A stretch of 64,000 bases of DNA. Source: Octopus vulgaris. Lineage: Eukaryota. Location: NCBI GenBank assembly GCA_951406725.2, contig OX597815.1:195362001-195426000 (forward strand), written 5' to 3'. The stretch's first letter is position 1, and every line of letters begins with the position of its first letter. The notes beneath the pieces are model-generated. The model was given only the letters and a program-made list of their open reading frames with translations. It was not told the origin of the DNA and did not search any database. The position numbers were made by a program, and so were the translations under genes. Positions 57,053 to 64,000 of this stretch are shown here, piece after piece.

Positions 57053-57063
57053 ATAGTATATAT

Positions 57064-57113
<50 letters not shown>

Positions 57114-57759
57114 GCATATACATACACATATATATGTATATGTATGTACTGTGTGCAGATATCTTTTCGATGAACCACTTCCTGTACATTTTTGACTTGT
57201 GTATTCCTCTTGCTATATCCTACATTGTACACCACTTTTTTTCTATGCTATTTCCACTTAACATTAGAGATTCAACTTCTTTTCTTTGAGGTCGTACGTC
57301 TATTTGGATGAAAGATGTAAAATTTTACCTAGTTACTTATTTTCTGATTCACATGCATACTTTTGTATTCTTCTTCAAATGTATTTTAATTCTCCGTTTT
57401 TGTTAAATAATTCATGGTATCTGTAGCTTTTTGACAAATGTTTGTAGATTAATATTAAAAAATATTTACAAGATTTGTCACTATATTTAGATTAACTGTG
57501 AAGTTGAGTCATATCCATTATTCTTTTCTAATTTTACTTGGCTTTTTACTCTTTCGCTGCGGATTTCCATTTTACTATTGGATGACGTATATGGTTTATT
57601 TCTAAAATGACAACTGGCAGGAATTCTTATGTTATGTTGCTAGATACGGTGCATTATTAGAATGCCTGTATGAATAATACAGACAATGCTTCGAGTGACT
57701 TTCTTATTGACGTAATTTTTATATTTTTTTCGGTTGAGTTTTATTCTTAAAATATTGTG

Positions 57760-57930
57760 TCAAAATTTTAGCACAAGTCCGGCAATTTTCCAGGAGGAGC
57801 AAAGTCGGTTACATTAACTGTAATGCAAAACTGGTACATATTTCATTGACTCAGAAACGATGAAAGGCGAAGTCAATTGAACAGATGGACGAAATGCAGC
57901 AAAATATTTTATCCGGCATGACAAATTGCC
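57760..57930 (-). mobile_element. Highly degenerate SINE family A
   Basis: aactggtacatatttcattgactcagaaacgatgaaaggcgaagtc...gacgaaatgc. Confidence 0.65.
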
Positions 57931-58846
57931 ACTTTACTAAATTAACAAAATAAAATTGATAAATTTTCGAGGTTGGAATACTTAATGCTAATTATTATGT
58001 TGTAGCTGCATATGGGCATATGCTTTCTTGTGTGAATTTTCCTGCTTTATCTATCACATTCGTGCGTCTATGCAAGCGTAAAATGCCATGTTTACGACGT
58101 ACAAAACCATATATTCATGGAATAGATTATTTAGATAATTTAATTCATCTATTGCTAACTAACTCGGGTAGAACTACTCGTATTCTAAGTCGAGTACGAT
58201 TATTCTCATTTACAATGGGCTACAAGAATTCAACTACAGAGAATTAAGTACGACTTATTACTTCCTGCCGTTCTGGTAGTTGGTACTTGCGGCAATGACG
58301 TGTCTTTAGATATATGATTATTGGTATTACTCAAACTGAGTTTGATATTGTTAGAATTTTCACTTGTTTCATTTTGCTTTTGATTATTAGGGGAATAATT
58401 AATCTGCGTACAATTAAGTATAGCTGAAAGAGAAATATTTATTGTTTTCGTTAAAACATTCCTTGTATTTGTGTTTTCGTGGAAAATGTCTGTTAATTAG
58501 GGTCAACAGAATTTTTCATAATCAGTGTAGCTATGTGTTGTGTAAATCAAGCAACGCTTCATTCTGTGCTCTTTGTGTGTGTTTCATGCGTTTGTTGTGT
58601 AATTCTATCTTCGCAACTAATTCTGTGAAAGGTATTGTTATGATATTGTGCGGCATCTGTATATATGGCAGGTGTAATATGCAACATAGTATTTGTAGAT
58701 GGCTTCTTGAAAAATATGATTTATATTTCAGTTCTAACATCATTTAACGGGAGAAAATAGCAGATGGTCTTTCTACGATTATTCATTTTAATGTGGCGTA
58801 TTATTTTTGTTAGATGAAAACAATCTATAATATATTTGTATCTACG

Positions 58847-58889
<43 letters not shown>

Positions 58890-58969
58890 GTGTTTGTATA
58901 TATATATATAATTAAGCACACTACTTATCGAGTTTACAAATAATTTCATGCTATTATGATACTCGAACA

Positions 58970-59522
58970 AAGGGATTGAATCGATTACATCGAATCCACT
59001 GCGTAACTGGTACTTATTTAATTGACCCCGAAAGAATGAATAGCAAAGTCGACCTCGGCGGAATTTGAACTCAAAACGTTACGGCAGACGAAATAGCGTT
59101 ATGCAGTTTGCCTGGCGTGCTAACGTTTCTTATTTCTTTATTGCCCACAATGGGCTAAACATAGAGGGGACAGATAAAGAGATTAAGTTGATTATATAGA
59201 CCACAGTGCGTAACTGGTACTACGAAATGATGAAAAGCAAAGTCGACCTCGGCGGAATTTGAACTCAGAACGTACCGGCAGACGAAATACCTATTTCTTT
59301 ACTACCCACAATGAGCTAAACAAGAGAGGACGAACAAGGACAGACAAACGGATTAAGTCGATTATATCGACCCCAGAGCGTAACTGGTACTTATTTAATC
59401 AACCCCGAAAGGATGAAAGGAAAGTCCACCTCGGCAGAATTTGAAGTCAGATCGTAACGGCAGACGAAATACCGATAAGCATTTCGCCCGGCTTGCTAAC
59501 GTTTCTTCGAGCTCGTCGCCTT
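58970..59522 (-). mobile_element. SINE family A multimer (three body units)
   Basis: gacctcggcggaatttgaactc recurs at ~59051, ~59245 and ~59427; head ends gctcgtcgcctt at ~59522. Confidence 0.9.
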
Positions 59523-61754
59523 TGAACAGGCATATTTAGAAAATACGTCGTGTATCTTAAAGCGATGCTTCGTGGTCTGTTTATGCGTTTGTACTTAACA
59601 TACAAGAATATCAATTTGTCGTACCTAATTATAATATCATCAATAACATAAAGTGGTTTTCAAATTAGTTTCAAATCCATAAATTCTGATGTTTTCAACT
59701 ATTAAATTACACAAGCCGTACTTCATAAATATTGATGCATAAAAAAAATTATTCTATTTAGTAAAACGAAAGCAATTCATCTTCATCGGTTTCAACGAAT
59801 CCTTATTCATGCTGCATTTTCAGGCTGTGTCCAAATACTTCGCTTCTGTCCTTTTCGTAATAATTAGTCAAAATCAAAATATAAAAGGAGTGTCAAGACA
59901 AGCAATTTGGATCATTAGGGTAATCAATCTAAAAGATTCCCTGGTTTCTCTCAATACACGTTGTTTAATAAGGGTGAATATATGTTTATGATAGAAAAAA
60001 TCTTTCCACAGATGACTCGTATTTGGACTGAACCCGAAATGTAGTGATTTTGATAAAAAAAAAAAGAAACCTGTCTTAATTATTTACCCATTTATTCGTC
60101 TATAACTGTTGTACTAAGATTGTGGAGGTTTTGTTGATAGCATCCTAAAGGCCAATCTGCATATCAATGCATGGAGATATACTTTAGATATTCCGTATGT
60201 GTTTACAAAATCCTTTTATAAATATTTATACCATTCATATCAAAATGTAAACGGTAGTAGTTACGATGATATTAGATTGTATAATACTTAAAGTGCCGTC
60301 TGTATTGACTTACAGTATTTAGTTTCATTCATTCAGGTTCTCTATTGAATTCATACGAAGTTTATCTTTACTTTCAGTTTTTGCCAAAACCAATAAAATA
60401 AATATATACGCGTCTTATACTAGAGTTGGTTTATGAATTTATTCCTTTTTCTTTCATCGTAAAAGTTATTTTACTTTTACCGACATTAGAAATCGCTTCT
60501 TTTTAAATATATACTAAATTGTTTTCTTTTATTTCTTTTTGCAATTTTCTTTGAAGCAAGAAAATGTGGTATTCAATGGACTTCTCTCTTTCTCCCCCCT
60601 CTCTCTCTCTTTTTCTTTGTCTGTCTGCCTATATATGTAAGTATGTATGTATCTTTGTATGTATTCCCCGGATATTGAATTGAATCCTTTAATATAAATA
60701 TATTCCTACATTGGCATTACATATTCCATCGGCTATAATTTCAGTTACATAGACAAGCTCATAATACGGGCCACATTAGGTTGGATAGAAAACCCTGCGC
60801 ATGTTGAATATGATGATTTTGAGAGCAGAGTTTCAATGCTAAGGATATATTAACATTTAATCTTTATATTCTAATTTTTTTTTTCTTCTTTGCAAATTAC
60901 TTACTACGACAGTCGATAATTTCTTCCCGATTTTGCCCATTTAATATGTGTTTAGATTAGATACATACCAGGCACTGCGTGTGGTATTAATTTCAGATAA
61001 GTTCTTTCGCAGGGAAAGCTGCAGGAAGTTTATTAGTTCTGTCTACGGAAATGAAATTTTAATTGTCTAATATATTCCAACGATTCTTTGAAGAGTATCG
61101 CTGGGGAAAAGTTTTTTTTTTTCGTAGATTTCCCTAGATTTGGACGTCTAAGTTCTATAAAAATTGAACTTGTGAATGCCGCAAAAATTCTAAAGAAAGT
61201 TGCATGATTATTAGCAGGAAACTTCAACTCATGTCACGTTTCGATTATAAAAAAACAAAACAAAAAAAACTTTATGGAGTAGGAAATGACTGCCCCTGGG
61301 TTTAATGAAAGCGTTGTTATCTGCTCGTATTTCAGGGATAGCTGTGCTGCCGCCCTTTCCCTCACTCGAATGCACACGAGTGAGGTAAAGTGGGATCTCG
61401 ATAAATCCAACGAAAATCTCAGTAGTGCACAACCAAAGAAAAGTGAGAGTTCATAACCAAACCGGAATTACATCTTCCAAAATTAAGCCTTGTATTTGGC
61501 AGGATATGAAGGGTGCTCTTTATCATGAAGTAGATAACCACGACGAAATTGTTGACGGAGTGGATTATTGAGGTAAAGTGGAAGCATTACTGAAAAATTT
61601 GCAGTCAAAGCACTCGTTATAGTTACTGTTTCCATATCTTATAGAGATTTTTTAACTAGATAATTTGCTCGTTGCAGGATATGTAAATGTGTCTTTTGTT
61701 TTCTATATGTTGCGAGCTGAAGTAAACTACTGCGATGTCTAGCGGACCAGTATC

Positions 61755-61801
61755 CACCACTGAGGGTGACCACAAACATGTCGAAACCGTACGGTCTGGT
61801 G
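61755..61801 (+). ncRNA. Type I hammerhead ribozyme motif with one core substitution
   Basis: cacca-CTGAGGG-t-gac(cacaaacat)gtc-GAAA-cc(gtac)gg-TC-tggtg: all three stems pair perfectly, GUC cleavage triplet (cut after 61796), palindromic loop III; core A9 is G. Confidence 0.75.
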
Positions 61802-61865
61802 CTCTGTATAGAAGATGATATGGGTTCACTCATCTGTACAAATGTAAAACAAAAGTCAAAGATAA

Positions 61866-61896
61866 AATAATAATAATAATAATAATAATAATGATG

Positions 61897-61952
<56 letters not shown>
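61866..61952. repeat. (TAA)n microsatellite
   Basis: Directly visible. Confidence 0.97.
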
Positions 61953-61954
<2 letters not shown>

Positions 61955-64000
61955 ACTTACATAAAAACAAGAGTCTTGAAATATAGGTCTCAAAATTTTC
62001 ACATCTATGAATAAGAAGTGTAACTATGATAACTGGTTCTCTGGGCATAATAGCAAAATGCGTTCTTAAATTCTATGACCAAATGGAAGAAACCCTCAAA
62101 CTACAACTATTTCATCCTTATGAAATTACTGTTAACTAGAAAATACGTGATTCTATTACAACATTGAAACTGAAATGTTACAAATTTACCAGAATCTGTC
62201 TTCTCAGAGTCTGCTCTCCGTTCTCTAAAACATACCACTGTTAGACATGAATAACACTCAAAATAAAGCATCTAGCTTCAGACTTGGAATACATTGTATA
62301 AGACAAAGAAACGAGTTAAAGATCAGTAACAATAATATTAATCTTAGAATTTATTACTCAGAATGACTTGGAAAGTTATGGAAATATGGAGTGTGAAAGG
62401 AAGTTGAGCACGCTTACGAACACGGAGAAGGTGTAGGCTGAACATGTGTACGTGCCTCTAAAATATGGAAATTCTTGCTAAGAATTTGAAAGGTAGACAG
62501 ACATACAAAAGCATCTATACACACACGTACACACAAAAATGTATGTATGGATATGTGTATATATGCTGCTGCACTTACTCACATATGTAACTGCATACAC
62601 GCAGAATTGCTCTGAATTATATTAATGAAAGAAACGAAGAAAGTTGACTGGTTTGGTTGAGTTAGAGCACTCCACGACTCTGTTTACTTAATTATTTCCG
62701 TTGTTAGTAAATGCAACCAATTTCACTCTGAGACTTTTTTTTTCAGATATCTTGAGTATAGTCTCTTTCATGTTGGGTATAATATGTATGCTGCCTTCTT
62801 TGTGTACATAATTGCTTTTGAGTCTACAAATCCTTCAGCGAGACATTAGCACCAGTGATGCGTAATATTGTCTATTAACCGTTTGCTAGTTTGTCGAAAA
62901 TTAAAACAACAAAGTCACAAAAATAACAAAACCATAATATTAGTTCATCGTTGCTATCAGTTTCTTTGTTCTAAGTATAGTACCGAGGAATTTCCATATC
63001 TCAAAGAACTTGCATCTTCTCAACTCTTCGCTTTGTTTTAAATTATGTTTTCGTTTCAAGTACTTCACCCATCCTTTATACATTTTCAGCTGTATTGTTT
63101 TTTTACTCATCTCCTGAGGAAGGTCAGATATTGAACATTTTTACTTCAATAGGAAGCGGGTTTTAGCTAATTGATTTTTTGATACTCTATCTAAAATGAC
63201 TTCACTTTGCCATCCCCCGAAAGTTAGCCGATGGAGCGCTTATGATTGGGTTACGTTGTTGTTCTTGTTTTTATTATAATTCTTCCTTACTTATTTTCCA
63301 TTTTCCCTTACTATATGCATTTCAGCTCCTTCTAATCAAAAGCATATTTTACTTAAACAAATGCAGAAACTAGGCTTTCAGCGTTCTGTCAGTTATTTTA
63401 TTATTCTATACTCTTTCTCTCTATGCCTTTTACTAGGTACAGTATTTGTATAGCTAGTCGGTCTTGTAAATTCATTTTCAAACCCCCTCCATGCGCGAGA
63501 AGACAAACACTTTCGATGGCATTCTATCTCACACCGATACAAGTGTGACGACCAATCACGAATCTATTTCGTTTCCAATATTAATGTAACTACCATCACT
63601 CGCGTGTCTATTTCGCCAATAAAGTGTACAAAATTTATATATGTATGTATATATAATTGCACGTATGCTGCACAATCTTAACCCATGTTTTGGCACTTTG
63701 TCCAATTGTAAAGTTACAATTAAGATTGGGGTATCCTCCCCCGATAAAACTTGAAAAGTTTAATGCAATACTTCACCAGAAGGTTATTTAATCCATTCAC
63801 GCGCTTTCGTTATCAAAGATATACATTTTCCTGTTTACCGCCCCTGGTTTAGATCCCAGGGAAGAATCCGTATTCTGTTTTATGAAGTTCTTCCAGTTTT
63901 CTTGTTTTATTGCAACAATTGAATGAGTTCGTGCCTTCAGACCACAGACAACAGTATCTGATATCTCGACTGGGCTGCTTCTGCTCTTGTAGTTGTTATT

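Overview
This is AT-rich eukaryotic DNA dense in microsatellites. The SINE families look like those I recognise from octopus (coleoid cephalopod) genomes; that assignment is inferred from repeat content only. I find no convincing host protein-coding exon, so the window is probably intergenic or intronic, and nearly all ORFs in the track are artefacts of (TA)n/(CA)n/(TAA)n/(TGA)n repeats. Supported features: a complete 3.8 kb hAT DNA transposon with TIRs, an 8-bp TSD and a frameshifted transposase (8459-12255); a full-length mariner (17401-18637) and three other Tc1/mariner derivatives; CR1-like and RTE-like LINE relics; about 20 tRNA-derived SINE copies in three families, several with TSDs; MITE-like and microsatellite-centred inverted repeats. 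The most notable signal is a set of unrelated short repeats carrying type I hammerhead-ribozyme-like motifs. These include a near-canonical motif at 61755-61801 and a structured 343-nt unit present as 1.2 tandem copies at 14038-14458, which resembles a retrozyme (a circular-RNA-derived retroelement). All motifs were parsed by eye and no activity is demonstrated.
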